A program made the translations under genes and the position numbers. Below, in pieces: positions 15,752 through 27,569 of a stretch of 64,000 nucleotides of DNA. The stretch's first letter is position 1; every line of letters begins with the position of its first letter. The notes beneath the pieces are model-generated. The model saw only the letters and a list, made by a program, of their open reading frames with translations, was not told the DNA's origin and ran no database searches. The stretch comes from an uncultured Acidobacteriota bacterium (lineage in GTDB: Bacteria; Acidobacteriota; Thermoanaerobaculia; UBA5066; DATFVB01), in the NCBI GenBank assembly GCA_963813155.1, contig CAWEYG010000001.1, forward strand, positions 64,001 to 128,000, in the 5' to 3' direction.

Positions 15752-17566
15752 CTATTCCGCCGCGCCCTTCTTCCTTTCGCGTCGCAGGTAACGATAGTCG
15801 CGAATCCCGAATTCCGACATCTTCGCGATCAGCGAGCCCCGGGAGATGTTGAGCAGCTCCGCGCCTTTGCTCTGATTGCCTTCCACTTTCCTCATCACGC
15901 GATCGATGACCTGGCGCTCGACCGATTCCACGATTTTCTTCAAGTCGTCGACCTCGTGCAGCACCAGCCCGGCTTCCGCCTCGCGAAACTTCGGATCCAG
16001 CCGGTCGAGACCGACGGGTTCGGAAGGCGTGCAGACGGCCGCGAGACGCACGACCTCGTTTTCCAGCTCCCGCGCGTTTCCGGGATAGCGATAGGTGAGA
16101 AGCGCGTTCAGAGCGTCCGGTTCGAGCGGACCGAGTCCGGAGGGGGCATGGCGGCGGACGAAATGCTCGAACAGCGCCGGGATGTCCTCGCGCCGCTCGG
16201 CAAGCGAGGGCAGACGCACCGTGAGCACGGCGAGGCGAAAATAGAGGTCGCGGCGAAAGCTGCCAGTCTCGACCGCGGGCAGGAGGTTCGTCGAGGTCGT
16301 GGCGATCCATCGGATCCGGCTGCGGTCGCCTTCGCCCGAGAGTCCGCCCATCCACTCGAGCAGCCGGGCTTGCGACGCCTGCGGCAAATAGCCGACTTCG
16401 CTGAGGACGAGCGTTCCCCCGGTCGCTTCGTCCACCTTCCCGGAGCGGCGGCGATCGCCCCGGCCCGCCGGAGCGGGGCGCCCGAAGAGCTCTTCCTCAA
16501 GGCGGCTCATGGAAGAACAGTCCACGACGACGTAGGGTCCCGAGGCCAAGTCGCTCTGCCGGTGCAGCGCGATCGCGATCAGGTCCTTCCCGGTGCCGAC
16601 CTCGCCCGAAACCAGAACCGGCGCGCGCGACCTCGCGATTCGCGGAAGATCCAGAACGAGCCGGCGCATCCCGTCGGACGCGGCGACGATCTCCGTTTCC
16701 CGCAGCGGTTCGGGCACGGAAACGGCGTCCGGCGGCGTTCCCGGCTCGGCGTCGGGCGACGAGATCAACGTCCACGCGAGGTCCGCCATCTGGGCGGCCT
16801 CTTCCACGAAGGCGGCGGCCCGTGCCGGAAAACGCTGGCTCTCGCGAGCGGCGAGCACGACCCTTCGCTCGCCGACGCGGGCGGGCGAGGAGAAAAGAAC
16901 GAGGGGACGGTCGCCGTCGAGGTGAATGGGGCCCATGGCCCTTTTCAAGTCGTCCGCGATGCGAACGGGGAAATCGAAGGGCTCCCGGAACGTGCTCGCC
17001 AGCTCCCGGAAATTTCCGGCCGTGTCGAACAGGCCGACGGCCCACTCGTCCGGGCCGAGCTGTTCCGAGAGAAAGCGGCCGAGCTCGCGGGCCGAGGCCG
17101 AAGAGTCCGACTCGCGCTTCAGCCGCCGAAAGAGGTCCAGCCGCAGGCCGCGATATTCCGCCTCGGACAGCCCCGCGGCTGCCGCCGGCACGGGCGAGGG
17201 AGGCGGCGAAACGTGGCCGGGCGTCGCCGAGTCGTCCGCCGCATCGACGCCGGCCACGGGCGTGACGCGGCCCGAGGGCCTGCCGTTGAGCAACGTGATC
17301 GCCGCCTCCCCGATCGTGATCCGGTCTCCGATTCCGAGCGGCCCTCCCAGGGTCTCCTTCCCGTTCACGAAGACCGGCTCGACGCCCCGAAAAACGTCCA
17401 GAAAATAGCCGCCGTCTTTTTCGACAATTCTCGCGTGCCGGCCCGACACTCCCCGGGCCCGGACCACCACCTGGTTCCCGGAAGATGCTCCAATTGTGAC
17501 CAGAGGTCCCGTAACGCGACGGACTTCGGCATCGCCCGATTTCTTACGAACTTCCAAACTCAGCAT
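15752..17566 (-). CDS. FHA + atypical sigma54-activator AAA + HTH regulator
   Basis: FHA (VSGRHARI, VFVNG, GDRITIG); GEVGTGKD, FRRDLYFRL, PGNAREL and HTH. No GAFTGA. Confidence 0.85.
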   Translation of the reverse strand: MLSLEVRKKSGDAEVRRVTGPLVTIGASSGNQVVVRARGVSGRHARIVEKDGGYFLDVFRGVEPVFVNGKETLGGPLGIGDRITIGEAAITLLNGRPSGRVTPVAGVDAADDSATPGHVSPPPSPVPAAAAGLSEAEYRGLRLDLFRRLKRESDSSASARELGRFLSEQLGPDEWAVGLFDTAGNFRELASTFREPFDFPVRIADDLKRAMGPIHLDGDRPLVLFSSPARVGERRVVLAARESQRFPARAAAFVEEAAQMADLAWTLISSPDAEPGTPPDAVSVPEPLRETEIVAASDGMRRLVLDLPRIARSRAPVLVSGEVGTGKDLIAIALHRQSDLASGPYVVVDCSSMSRLEEELFGRPAPAGRGDRRRSGKVDEATGGTLVLSEVGYLPQASQARLLEWMGGLSGEGDRSRIRWIATTSTNLLPAVETGSFRRDLYFRLAVLTVRLPSLAERREDIPALFEHFVRRHAPSGLGPLEPDALNALLTYRYPGNARELENEVVRLAAVCTPSEPVGLDRLDPKFREAEAGLVLHEVDDLKKIVESVERQVIDRVMRKVEGNQSKGAELLNISRGSLIAKMSEFGIRDYRYLRRERKKGAAE

Positions 17567-17782
17567 TCGCTCGACTCTCCAGTAGTTTCTCGTGCGGTTG
17601 ATCTTGAGCCGCGCCCCGGTGCTCGTTTTTTGAGTCTCGAACATAGAACAAAGATCGCCCGAGATCAACGGATCGGCGGCGAATTGGCGAGAATCCCAAA
17701 AAACACCGGAACTTGTGTGCGGCGCGGCCGGACCCCCAACATATCGTGGATTTCACCGAAACTGTCTGGTACTCTCCCGGGA

Positions 17783-20700
17783 ATGTTTCACCTCGAGAGC
17801 CTGAGCATTTCCGGCTTCAAGTCGTTCTCGGAATCTGCGCAACTCGCGTTTCCCGGGGCCATCACGGCGGTCATCGGGCCGAACGGTTGCGGCAAATCGA
17901 ACATCTGCGACGCGGTCGCCTGGGCGCTGGGCGAGCAGAGCGCGCGCATCCTCCGGGGCGAAAAGATGGATGACGTCATCTTCAACGGATCGGGCAAGCG
18001 CCGGCCGCTGGGAATGGCGGAGGTCACCCTCACACTGCGCTCGAGCAACGGCGATTTTCCGGAAAACGAAGGCCGCGTCGCGATCGGCCGCCGCGTCTAT
18101 CGCGAGGGCGAGGGCGAGTACTACCTGAACGGCAAGAAGGTGAGGCTCAAGGACGTCCAGGACGTGCTGTTCGGCACGGGGCTCGGCGTCCGCGCGTACT
18201 CGATCATCGAGCAGGGAAAGATCGACCAGGTGCTCTCCTCGAAGCCGCTCGATCGCCGCAAGCTCATCGAGGAGGCGGCGGGAATCACGAAGTACAAGAT
18301 CAAGAAACGGTCGGCCGAGCTCAAGCTCGAAGAAACCCGGGCGAACCTGACCCGCCTCTCCGACATCCTCGCCGAAGTCGAGCGCTCCTGCGCCTCGCTG
18401 AAACGCCAGGCCTCCAAGGCGGAGCGGTACACGGAGAAGACGGCGGCCCTTCGAGCGAAGCGAACCCAGATCGCGCGGCTTCGCTACGACGCCCTCGAGC
18501 TCGCGCTCCGCCAGGCCGAGGCCGCGCTCGGCGCTTCGCGAGACGAGGAAGCCGGCCGATCGGCGGACCTCTCGGCCTGCGAAGCGGCCGAGGCCGAATC
18601 CCGGCGACTGGCCCTGGACGGGCGCGCGCGGAGAGACGCGGCTCGCGAGGAGCTTTCCGCCCGGACTTCGGCCGTCGAGCGCGACGACTCGGCGATCGAG
18701 GCCGCCCGCCGGGCGGAAGTGGAGATCGCCGCGAGGCAGCACGCGCTGACCCGCGATTCGGACGAGCTCGCCCGGGAAACGGAGCTCCGCCGCGAGGCCC
18801 GAGCGGCGGTCGAAGGAACCTGCGCGCGGCGGAAGGCCGAGCTCGACGGCGCCCTGGCGACGAAGAGCCGGGCGACGGACACCAAGAGACTCACGGAAGA
18901 GCGGATCGGCCGGATCGAGGAAGGCCTGGAGGCCGTTCGCCTCGCGATCGCGTCGCTCGCGGGCGATCGAGCCCGGGCGCGCAACGAACGGCACGAGACC
19001 GACCTCGGGCTGGAGCGGATCGCGGCGGCGAGGTCCCGAATTGCGGAAGCGAACGGACGGTTCGAGCTCTCGATCGCGGCGATCGAAATCGAGGTTGCGG
19101 AGTCGGAAGCGGAGAACGGGCGTCGCCGGGACCAGGCGGCCGAGTGCGCCGCCGCCGCCCAGGGGAACGAGACCCGGCTTCAGGACGCCGTCCGGGAAGT
19201 CTCCGACCTCGAGATCGAGCGCGGAGGCTTGCGAGAGGGCCTGGCCGCCGAAGAACAGCGGCGGCGCGCGCTCGAAGAGATGAAGGGTTCGCGCGAGAAG
19301 GGCGCCCAGCGCGTCCTCGACCACCTCCACGCGCGGGGCGAGAGCTCCGACGGCACGGTCGCGTCGAAGCTGGTGCCGAAAGCGGGATGGGAGGGCATTC
19401 TCGACCGGCTCGCCTCGGAAGAGCTGGATGCCGTCGTCGTCGAGGGCGAGGGGTTCGAAGCCGCTTCCCGCCTGCGGGAGGCGGGCGTGGGGGGAACGGT
19501 CCTGGGATCCGGATCGCAGACGCCGTCGGAACCGACCGCGTGGGAGGGCGTTCTGGAGAATTTCCGCGATCTCTCCCCCGCGCTCGTTTCGATCCTTCCG
19601 CCGGTTCTCTTCGTGGAAGACGCTTCCTCGGCCCGCGACGCGGCACGCGCGCACCCCGGCATGCTCGTCGCGAGCCGGTCGGGAGAGATCGTCCGCGGCG
19701 ACCTGTGGCGCGTTCCGGGATCGCAGCCCGAAGCCGCGGGCCCTCTCTCGCTGCGGCGCGAGATCGAAGAACGCCGGGCGAGCATCGAAGGCCTCGGAAG
19801 CCGGCTCGCGGAATGCGAGACCCGCCTCGCGGCCGCCCGCGCGAGACGGGCCGAATACGAAGCCCGGGCGGTCCCGCTCGCCAACGAGCGCCGCGAGGCC
19901 GAAACGGCCGCCGCCGCGCACGCGGCGCGTCTCGCCGAGCGCACCGCCGAACGCGAGCGCCAGCGCCGCGAGCACGAAACCCTTCGAGCGGAAGACGAAA
20001 TGCTCGAGCAGGACGTCGAGCGCCTGTCCTCGACCCGGGCGGAAACGCTCGCCCGCGAAGCCGACCTCGAGCGCGCCGAGCTCGAACAGCGCGGCGCCTC
20101 CGAAACGCACCTGCGGGAGCTCGGAGAGCTGCGTCCCCGCCTCGCGACGGAGCTGGAGAGCGAAGCCGGTGCGCGCGAGACCCTGGAAGGAGCGCGGGAA
20201 AGGCTCGCCTCCGCCGAGCGCGAGCTCTTTGCGCTCTCTTCCCAGGACGAGGCGGCCACGAAAAAAAAGGCCGAGTGGGAAAAGGAGACCGGCGCCCTGC
20301 GGGAACGCCTCGCCACGGCAACCCGCGAGGCGGAGGAGGCCCGGCGCCGCCGCGACGAGAACGTGATCGCCCGGGACACGGCGGCGCGAGCCTTCGAAGG
20401 CCTCTCGGCGGAATCGGAGAATCGCGCGCTCGAAGCGGCGGAAACCGAAGATGCCGTCAAGCGGGTCCGCGTCCTCTTCGACGCCGCTCGCCAGAAGCGG
20501 TTCGACGCCGAAATTCTCCATGCCCGTGTCGCGTCCGATCTCGCGCATGCCGAGGAAGACGCCCGGCGCGAGTTCGGCGTCCCGCCTTCCGAGCTTCCGG
20601 CGGCGGAGGCCCTGTCCGACGAGGAGCGCGAGCGGATCGAGCAGGAAGCGCGGGAGCTCGCCGACCAGATCGAGCGGATGGGGCCCGTCAACGTCCTCGC

Positions 20701-21271
20701 CTTCGAGGAGTACAAGGAGCAGAGCGAGCGCTTCGAATTCCTGACGGCGCAGCGCCTCGACATCGACACCGCGATCTCGTCGCTCCTCGACACGATCCGA
20801 AAGATCAACGCGACGTCCTCGGAACGCTTCGCGGAGGCGTTCGCTGCGATCAACAAGAATTTCTCGGAGCTCTTCCAGCGGCTGTTCCGGGGCGGGTCGG
20901 CGGAGATGAAGCTTCTCGACGAGAACGACCTTCTCGACTCCGGAATCGAGATCACCGCGCAGCCGCCCGGAAAGCGCAACCAGTCGATCCTCCTCCTGTC
21001 GGGCGGCGAAAAGGCGATGACCGCGATCGCCCTCCTGATGGGGATTTTCCGCTACAAGCCGTCGCCCTTCTGCATCCTCGATGAAGTCGACGCGCCGCTC
21101 GACGACGCGAACATCGACCGGTTCGCGCAGCTCATCCGCGAAATGAGCGAGGAGACGCAATTCATCGCGATCACGCACAACAAGCGAACGATGGAAGCGG
21201 CCGACGCGCTCTACGGCGTGACGATGGAAGAGCCGGGCTGCTCGAAGATCGTGTCCGTCAAGTTCGATTGA
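17783..21271 (+). CDS. smc: Chromosome segregation protein SMC
   Basis: GFKSF, GPNGCGKSN, coiled coils, LSGGEK, LDEVDAPLD and ITH; 1162 aa. Confidence 0.96.
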   Translation: MFHLESLSISGFKSFSESAQLAFPGAITAVIGPNGCGKSNICDAVAWALGEQSARILRGEKMDDVIFNGSGKRRPLGMAEVTLTLRSSNGDFPENEGRVAIGRRVYREGEGEYYLNGKKVRLKDVQDVLFGTGLGVRAYSIIEQGKIDQVLSSKPLDRRKLIEEAAGITKYKIKKRSAELKLEETRANLTRLSDILAEVERSCASLKRQASKAERYTEKTAALRAKRTQIARLRYDALELALRQAEAALGASRDEEAGRSADLSACEAAEAESRRLALDGRARRDAAREELSARTSAVERDDSAIEAARRAEVEIAARQHALTRDSDELARETELRREARAAVEGTCARRKAELDGALATKSRATDTKRLTEERIGRIEEGLEAVRLAIASLAGDRARARNERHETDLGLERIAAARSRIAEANGRFELSIAAIEIEVAESEAENGRRRDQAAECAAAAQGNETRLQDAVREVSDLEIERGGLREGLAAEEQRRRALEEMKGSREKGAQRVLDHLHARGESSDGTVASKLVPKAGWEGILDRLASEELDAVVVEGEGFEAASRLREAGVGGTVLGSGSQTPSEPTAWEGVLENFRDLSPALVSILPPVLFVEDASSARDAARAHPGMLVASRSGEIVRGDLWRVPGSQPEAAGPLSLRREIEERRASIEGLGSRLAECETRLAAARARRAEYEARAVPLANERREAETAAAAHAARLAERTAERERQRREHETLRAEDEMLEQDVERLSSTRAETLAREADLERAELEQRGASETHLRELGELRPRLATELESEAGARETLEGARERLASAERELFALSSQDEAATKKKAEWEKETGALRERLATATREAEEARRRRDENVIARDTAARAFEGLSAESENRALEAAETEDAVKRVRVLFDAARQKRFDAEILHARVASDLAHAEEDARREFGVPPSELPAAEALSDEERERIEQEARELADQIERMGPVNVLAFEEYKEQSERFEFLTAQRLDIDTAISSLLDTIRKINATSSERFAEAFAAINKNFSELFQRLFRGGSAEMKLLDENDLLDSGIEITAQPPGKRNQSILLLSGGEKAMTAIALLMGIFRYKPSPFCILDEVDAPLDDANIDRFAQLIREMSEETQFIAITHNKRTMEAADALYGVTMEEPGCSKIVSVKFD

Positions 21272-21305
21272 GAGTTTCGCGGCATCCTGCCGCGTAGCAG
21301 CGCGA

Positions 21306-21353
21306 CCTCTCCCGGCGGGAGAGGATGGCCGCCGAAGGCGGTCAGGTGAGGGG
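21306..21353. repeat. REP-like double hairpin
   Basis: CCTCTCCC-ggc-GGGAGAGG, then TGGCCGCC-gaa-GGCGGTCA and GGTGAGGG. Single copy in the window. Confidence 0.5.
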
Positions 21354-21359
21354 TCGACC

Positions 21360-21388
21360 TTGCCGACATTTCGCAGCGCTGCTATGAT
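21360..21388 (+). promoter_or_regulatory. Sigma70-type promoter of tRNA-Thr
   Basis: TTGCCG-17 nt-TATGAT, 14 nt before the tRNA. Confidence 0.7.
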
Positions 21389-21402
21389 CGCCGCTCTTTT
21401 GG

Positions 21403-21478
21403 GCCGATGTAGCTCAGTTGGTAGAGCAGCGGTTTCGTAAACCGCAGGTCACCGGTTCAAGTCCGGTCATCGGCTCCA
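21403..21478 (+). tRNA. tRNA-Thr (anticodon CGU)
   Basis: Acceptor stem GCCGATG/CATCGGC, anticodon arm GCGGT-TTCGTAA-ACCGC, GTTCAAG T-loop, encoded CCA; 76 nt. Confidence 0.97.
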
Positions 21479-21493
21479 ACCTATTCCAGAGTC

Positions 21494-21509
21494 AGGCATC
21501 GCTCTTGCA
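21494..21509 (+). promoter_or_regulatory. Putative sigma54 promoter
   Basis: AGGCAT-N5-TTGCA upstream of the small membrane protein gene. Confidence 0.65.
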
Positions 21510-21554
21510 ATCTCCCCCGACGACTGCCTCGGAAGGGGCGAAAGGAGCGCTGCA

Positions 21555-21701
21555 ATGTTGTGGACCATCTTCGTGATCCTCCTGATCCTCTGGCTCCTCG
21601 GAATGATCACCTCGTACACCCTGGGCGGGTTCATCCACATCCTTCTCGTGATCGCGCTCGTGGTCCTCGTGATCCGGTTGATTCAGGGCCGCGGAGTCTG
21701 A
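21555..21701 (+). CDS. Small membrane protein, lmo0937 family (48 aa; absent from the ORF track)
   Basis: AAGGAG RBS; MLWTIFVILLILWLLGMITSYTLGGFIHILLVIALVVLVIRLIQGRGV. Confidence 0.9.
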   Translation: MLWTIFVILLILWLLGMITSYTLGGFIHILLVIALVVLVIRLIQGRGV

Positions 21702-21723
21702 AGGGATCGTAGCGCCGGAAGGC

Positions 21724-22991
<1,268 letters not shown>

Positions 22992-22995
<4 letters not shown>

Positions 22996-23708
22996 GACTC
23001 TTTCCTCCGGAACCGCAAGATGGCGCACACTTCTTCGCCCTCCTGCCGCAGTTCGAGCTCCGCGCCGCTGCCCTGCGCGGCGCGTCGCGCTCGAAGAAGA
23101 CCGAACCCTCGTCCCGGGCTCGCCTCTCTCTTCGCGACGCCGAAGAGATGCTCGGGGTCGCCCGCCGGGATCCGGCCGGACGACCGGCATGTCAGAACGA
23201 TTTCCGAAGACCGATCCTCGATGGACCAGCGGATCGACCCGGGAGCGGAAGAATGCTCGACCGCGTTTCGGGTGAGCTCGCCGACGGCGAGCCCGACATC
23301 TCGCGGCGACGCGAACCAGCGCGGGTCCGGCCCGGGAGCCGGGAGCTCGAGCAGAAGGCCGCGGGCCATCGCGTCGGCGCGAAGGGGCTCGGAGGCTTCC
23401 GCGATCGCCGCGGCCAGCGAAAACTCGGCCGGCTCCTCGATCTCCTCGTGCGAAGCTTCGGCGATCAAATCGAGCATTCCCGCCGCGCTCTCGAGCGATT
23501 GCTGGCACGTCCGGAGGTTCTCGACAACGGCGGCCAAATCGAATCCGCCGGGCCTCTGCATACGCCGGAGAGCGACCTCCAGGTGCAGGTTCGCCCCCGA
23601 GAGAGGGGTAGAAATCTCGTGCCGGAAGCGCCGCAGGAAGCTCTTCAAGGCTTCTCCCCGGTCTCGCTCGTACAGCGTTTCGCGCGGGATCCGCCCGGTC
23701 TCCTGCAT
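22992..23708 (-). CDS. Stand-alone histidine kinase core (HisKA + HATPase, no sensor)
   Basis: RHEISTPL, ELTRNAVEH and GRGFGL. Confidence 0.75.
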
Positions 23709-23755
23709 CGCGAAAACGAGTCTAACATAGGGTCGCTGCTAAGATCCCCGGAGCG

Positions 23756-26121
23756 ATGTCGCGCATTCTCCTGATCGACGATTCCACGGAAACGGATGCC
23801 GTGATCCGGGGGTTCCTTCCTCCCGACGGGCCGCAACTCGAGACCGCCCGGGAAGCCGGTGAGGGGCTGGACGTCGCGAGGTCGATCCAGCCCGAACTGA
23901 TCTTCATCAACCTCGCCCTGCCCGGAATTCCCTCGTGGCGCGCGATACGGGAAATCAAGCGGGACCTCTTCCTCTCGGCGGTCCCGGTGGTCGCGCTCTC
24001 GAGCGCCACCCAGGGCGGCGAGCGCGAGCGGGCGCTCGCGGCGGGGTGCGACGATTTCCTCGCCAAGCCGATTTCCCGCGAAGCCGTCGAGCGCGTTCTC
24101 TCGACCCACCTCGCGCCCGCGGACCTGGAACGGACCCGGCCCCTCGCGATCTCGACGCCGGCGGTTCGCGGCGTCCTTCGCGCTCGAATCCTGCTCGCGT
24201 CGGCCGATGCCGACTTTCTCCACCTCTACTCGCCCGCGCTGCAATTCGCCCGCTACCGGATCGAAACGGTCGCCTCCGGGCACGAGCTGTTCGAGAAGGT
24301 CGAGTCGACGCGGCCGCACATCGTGATCCTCGACTCGCGGCTTTCCGACCGCACGGGCGCCGAGGCGGCGGCCCAGATCAAGGCTCGCCAGAGAGATCCC
24401 TTCCTGCCGATCCTCCTGCTGACCGACGGCCGGCCGGAATCCGACGCGGGCTGGAACGCGCCGGCCGACGACTTCCTGGCCGGCCGTTTCCGGAGCCGGA
24501 ACTGAGGTTTCGCGTCCGCAAGCTCCTTCTGCTCTCGAGCGCGATGCAAAGCGAACGGGACCGATCGCGGCAGCTCGCGACGGTCGCCCGCCACATGACG
24601 CGGGGACTGCTGCTCGTCGACGGCGAAGGGCGAATCACCCTGATGAACCGCCCCTGCGCCGAAATCCTCGGGAGCAAGGCCGATCCGAGAGGCCGCGCCG
24701 CGCGCCATCTGCTTCGCTCGGCCGGACTTCGCGACTCGGAAGGCCGCGAGCTGGGCGCGGACTTCAACCCCGTCGCGAAACTCCGCAAACTTCGCGTTCC
24801 GTCCCTGCGCGAGATCTACACGGTGGAGACGGAACCCGGCCAGAGAACGAAGATCGAGATCGTCTCGACGGCGATCGCCGACAAGGGCAAGCGCGCGCGA
24901 GGCGCCGTCCTGCTCCTTCGACGAATCGGCGAGGACGCGGAAGCGCAACGCGAGCTCCACGAGGCGTACGAAAGGCTGATGGAAGTCGATCAGCTCAAGT
25001 CCCAATTCCTGTCGACCGTCTCGCACGAGCTCCGCACGCCGCTCAACACGATCATCCTGCTGTCGCACGTTCTCACCCGCGAGCCCGGCGAGCGACTCCC
25101 GACCGGGAAGAAGGAACACGATCTCCAGGTGATCCAGCAGAGCGCGACGACCTTGCTCCACATGATCAACAACCTGCTCGACCTCGCGAGAATCGAGGCC
25201 GGACAGGCCGAGGTCAGGCCGGAGAGCCTCGCGATCGAGCCGTTCCTGAAGGAGACCCTGGAAATCCTCTCCCCCCAGGCGGAAAGCCGGGGCCTGCGGT
25301 TGCGCCTCGCGGCCTCTCCCGCGCTTCCCGAGCGGGCCGCGTTCGACCGCGAAAAGGTCCGGCAGATCCTCCTGAACCTGATTTCCAACGCAATCAAGTT
25401 CACGCCCCGCGGCTCGGTCGAGCTCGCCGTGGCGCCGGCGGGAGCGGGCAACGTCCTGTCGTTTTCCGTCCGCGACGAGGGGCTCGGGATCCCGCCGGAC
25501 AAGCTGTCTTTCATCTTCGAGCCGTTCCGCCGGATTTCGCCCGAAGAAGGAGCGACCGCCGGCTCGGGCCTGGGTCTCTCGATCGTGAAGGAGCTCGTCC
25601 GGCTTATGGGCGGAGAGATTTCGGTCGAAAGCCAGCCGGGCAGCGGCTCGACGTTTCGCGTCCTGCTGCCGATCCTGCCCGCCGCCGAAGACCCTCACGA
25701 CTCGACCCGCCCGGCGCGCGCCCCCCGGTCGCGTACCCGGGTCCTGGTTGTGGAAGACGACGAAAGCTCGCGTTACGCGCTGACCTCCGTGCTCGCGCTC
25801 GAGGGGTACGGGGCCGATTCCGCGCGGAACGGGAAAGAGGCCTTTTCGAAGGCGCAATCCGGCGGTTACGACGCGATCTTCATGGACATCAGCCTTCCGG
25901 ACGAGGACGGAACATCGGTCATCGAGAATCTCCGGCGGCGTCCGGAGACGCGGGCCGTTCCCATCATCGCCCTGACGGGGAAGACCTCCGACGCCGACCG
26001 GCGGAAGATCGAGGCCTCCGGCGCCTCCGCCTACCTTTCCAAACCGGTCAACGTCAAACGCCTGCTGAAGACCCTTTCCCAGCTCCTGGACGCTCCCCGC
26101 GCAGCCGCGAAGCAGGGTTAA
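23756..26121 (+). CDS. Cytoplasmic hybrid histidine kinase REC-REC-PAS-HisKA-HATPase-REC (frameshift near 24490)
   Basis: Two N-terminal receivers; SHELRTPL, NLISNAIKFT, DEGLGI, GSGLGL; C-terminal VVEDD...MDI...KP. Confidence 0.87.
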
Positions 26122-26133
26122 AATGACCCCCCA

Positions 26134-26157
26134 GAACATTTTGACAGGGATTCCGTT
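26134..26157 (+). promoter_or_regulatory. Possible ECF-type autoregulatory promoter
   Basis: GAAC-N16-CGTT, 15 nt upstream of the ECF sigma start. Confidence 0.45.
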
Positions 26158-26172
26158 TCTGATTGCGAGGAC

Positions 26173-26799
26173 ATGATGAACGAGACGCCCGACCAGACAC
26201 TCGCCGCCGCCTGCCGCGAAGGGGACGAAAAGGCGTGGGACGCGCTGCTCGATCGGTACGGGCGCCGGGTGTACGGGATCGCGTACCATTTCACCCTTCG
26301 AAAAGAGGACGCCGAGGAGCTCTCCCAGGAGATCTTCCTGAAAGTCTTCGAGAATCTCCACCGGTTCGACGGCAACTTTTCCTTCGGGGCCTGGATCGTG
26401 TCCCTCGCGCGCAACCTCTGCATCGATCACTACCGCCGGCGAAAGAGGGAAAAATCGTTCGTGCACGTGTCGGACGAAGCCGTGTTTCCCCTTCTCACCG
26501 CGACGGACGACCCCGCGCGCAATGCGCTCCAGAAAGAGCGCACGAAACTGCTCTTCGAGGCGATCGCGGAGCTTCCGGAGGACCTGTCGGAAATCCTGAT
26601 CCTCCGCGACCTCGACGGGCTCGCCTATGAGGAAATCGGCGCCGCGCTGGACCTGCCGGAAGGCACGGTCAAGTCGCGCCTCTTCCGCGCCCGGGCGGAG
26701 GCCGCCCGGATCATTCGGGTCAAGACCGAGCGCCGGCCGCGCAACGGCGGATGGAAACCGGTCACTCTCGCGCTCGCGCTGACGGCGGTGGCGTCGTGA
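26173..26799 (+). CDS. ECF sigma factor
   Basis: DAEELSQEIF, WIVSLARNLCID and YEEI...GTVKSRLFRAR. Confidence 0.94.
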   Translation: MMNETPDQTLAAACREGDEKAWDALLDRYGRRVYGIAYHFTLRKEDAEELSQEIFLKVFENLHRFDGNFSFGAWIVSLARNLCIDHYRRRKREKSFVHVSDEAVFPLLTATDDPARNALQKERTKLLFEAIAELPEDLSEILILRDLDGLAYEEIGAALDLPEGTVKSRLFRARAEAARIIRVKTERRPRNGGWKPVTLALALTAVAS

Positions 26800-27569
26800 G
26801 CTGCGAATTCTTCGAAAAGCATTTCGTCGCGTCCGGCGAGCCCCGGGACCTCGAGGCTCACGTCGGCGCCTGCGCCGAGTGCCGCTCGCGGTCGGCCGAT
26901 TTCATCCGGCTCTCCGCGACGATCACGCGCCTCGGCCTGCCGCGCGTCCCGGAGGAGACCCGGAATCTCTGGAAAGGCATCCCGTCGGAGACGACGAATT
27001 GCGAGCGCGCCTCCGAGCTGTCCGCCCGGCAAGTCGGGGAACCCCTGTCCGAGACGGACCGGCGAAAGCTCGACTTCCATCTTTCCCGGTGCGAAGCGTG
27101 CCGCGAAACCGCGGCCGTGCTCGGAGTCGCTTCGGAGCTCCAGGCGCCCGCGCCGCCGGCGGGTTGGACGGTTCGTCCTCCCGCGCCGGTCGTCTCGCTG
27201 TCGGACGAGCGCCAGAAACGGGCTTCGCGGCGTTCGGGATGGTCGGACCCCCGGCTCTACGCGGCCGCCGCCTGTTTCCTCGCCGGTTTCTTCGCCTTCT
27301 TCGCGAACAGCCTGCAGGCCCCTCCGGCCGCGGGAGCCGCGCTGTCGGTGACCGGAGAGATCCGGAACAGCGTTCGCGTGCGGTGGGCCGAGGCCACCGA
27401 CCGAATTCAGATTTGGCAGGAAGGGATCTCGCGCCACTGGGTGGCCACCCGCGAGACCTTGACCGGCTATACCCGGGCCGCGGGAGCGATCGCCCTGTCG
27501 GCAGCGGGACGCGCCACGGAAGGATTCCTCCGCAACGAAACGAAAACAGAGAAAGGAAACAAGTCATGA
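26796..27569 (+). CDS. Anti-sigma factor with two zf-HC2 motifs and a TM helix
   Basis: HVGACAEC and HLSRCEAC; TM LYAAAACFLAGFFAFFA; coupled to the sigma gene. Confidence 0.8.
   Translation: MSCEFFEKHFVASGEPRDLEAHVGACAECRSRSADFIRLSATITRLGLPRVPEETRNLWKGIPSETTNCERASELSARQVGEPLSETDRRKLDFHLSRCEACRETAAVLGVASELQAPAPPAGWTVRPPAPVVSLSDERQKRASRRSGWSDPRLYAAAACFLAGFFAFFANSLQAPPAAGAALSVTGEIRNSVRVRWAEATDRIQIWQEGISRHWVATRETLTGYTRAAGAIALSAAGRATEGFLRNETKTEKGNKS

Noticed and set aside
15284-21271. 1995-aa SMC ORF and other very long or antisense ORFs (e.g. 29262-32990, 17753-21178, 2478-5573)
   Set aside because: Shadow ORFs and false extensions caused by stop-codon scarcity at high GC. The real genes are identified by motifs.
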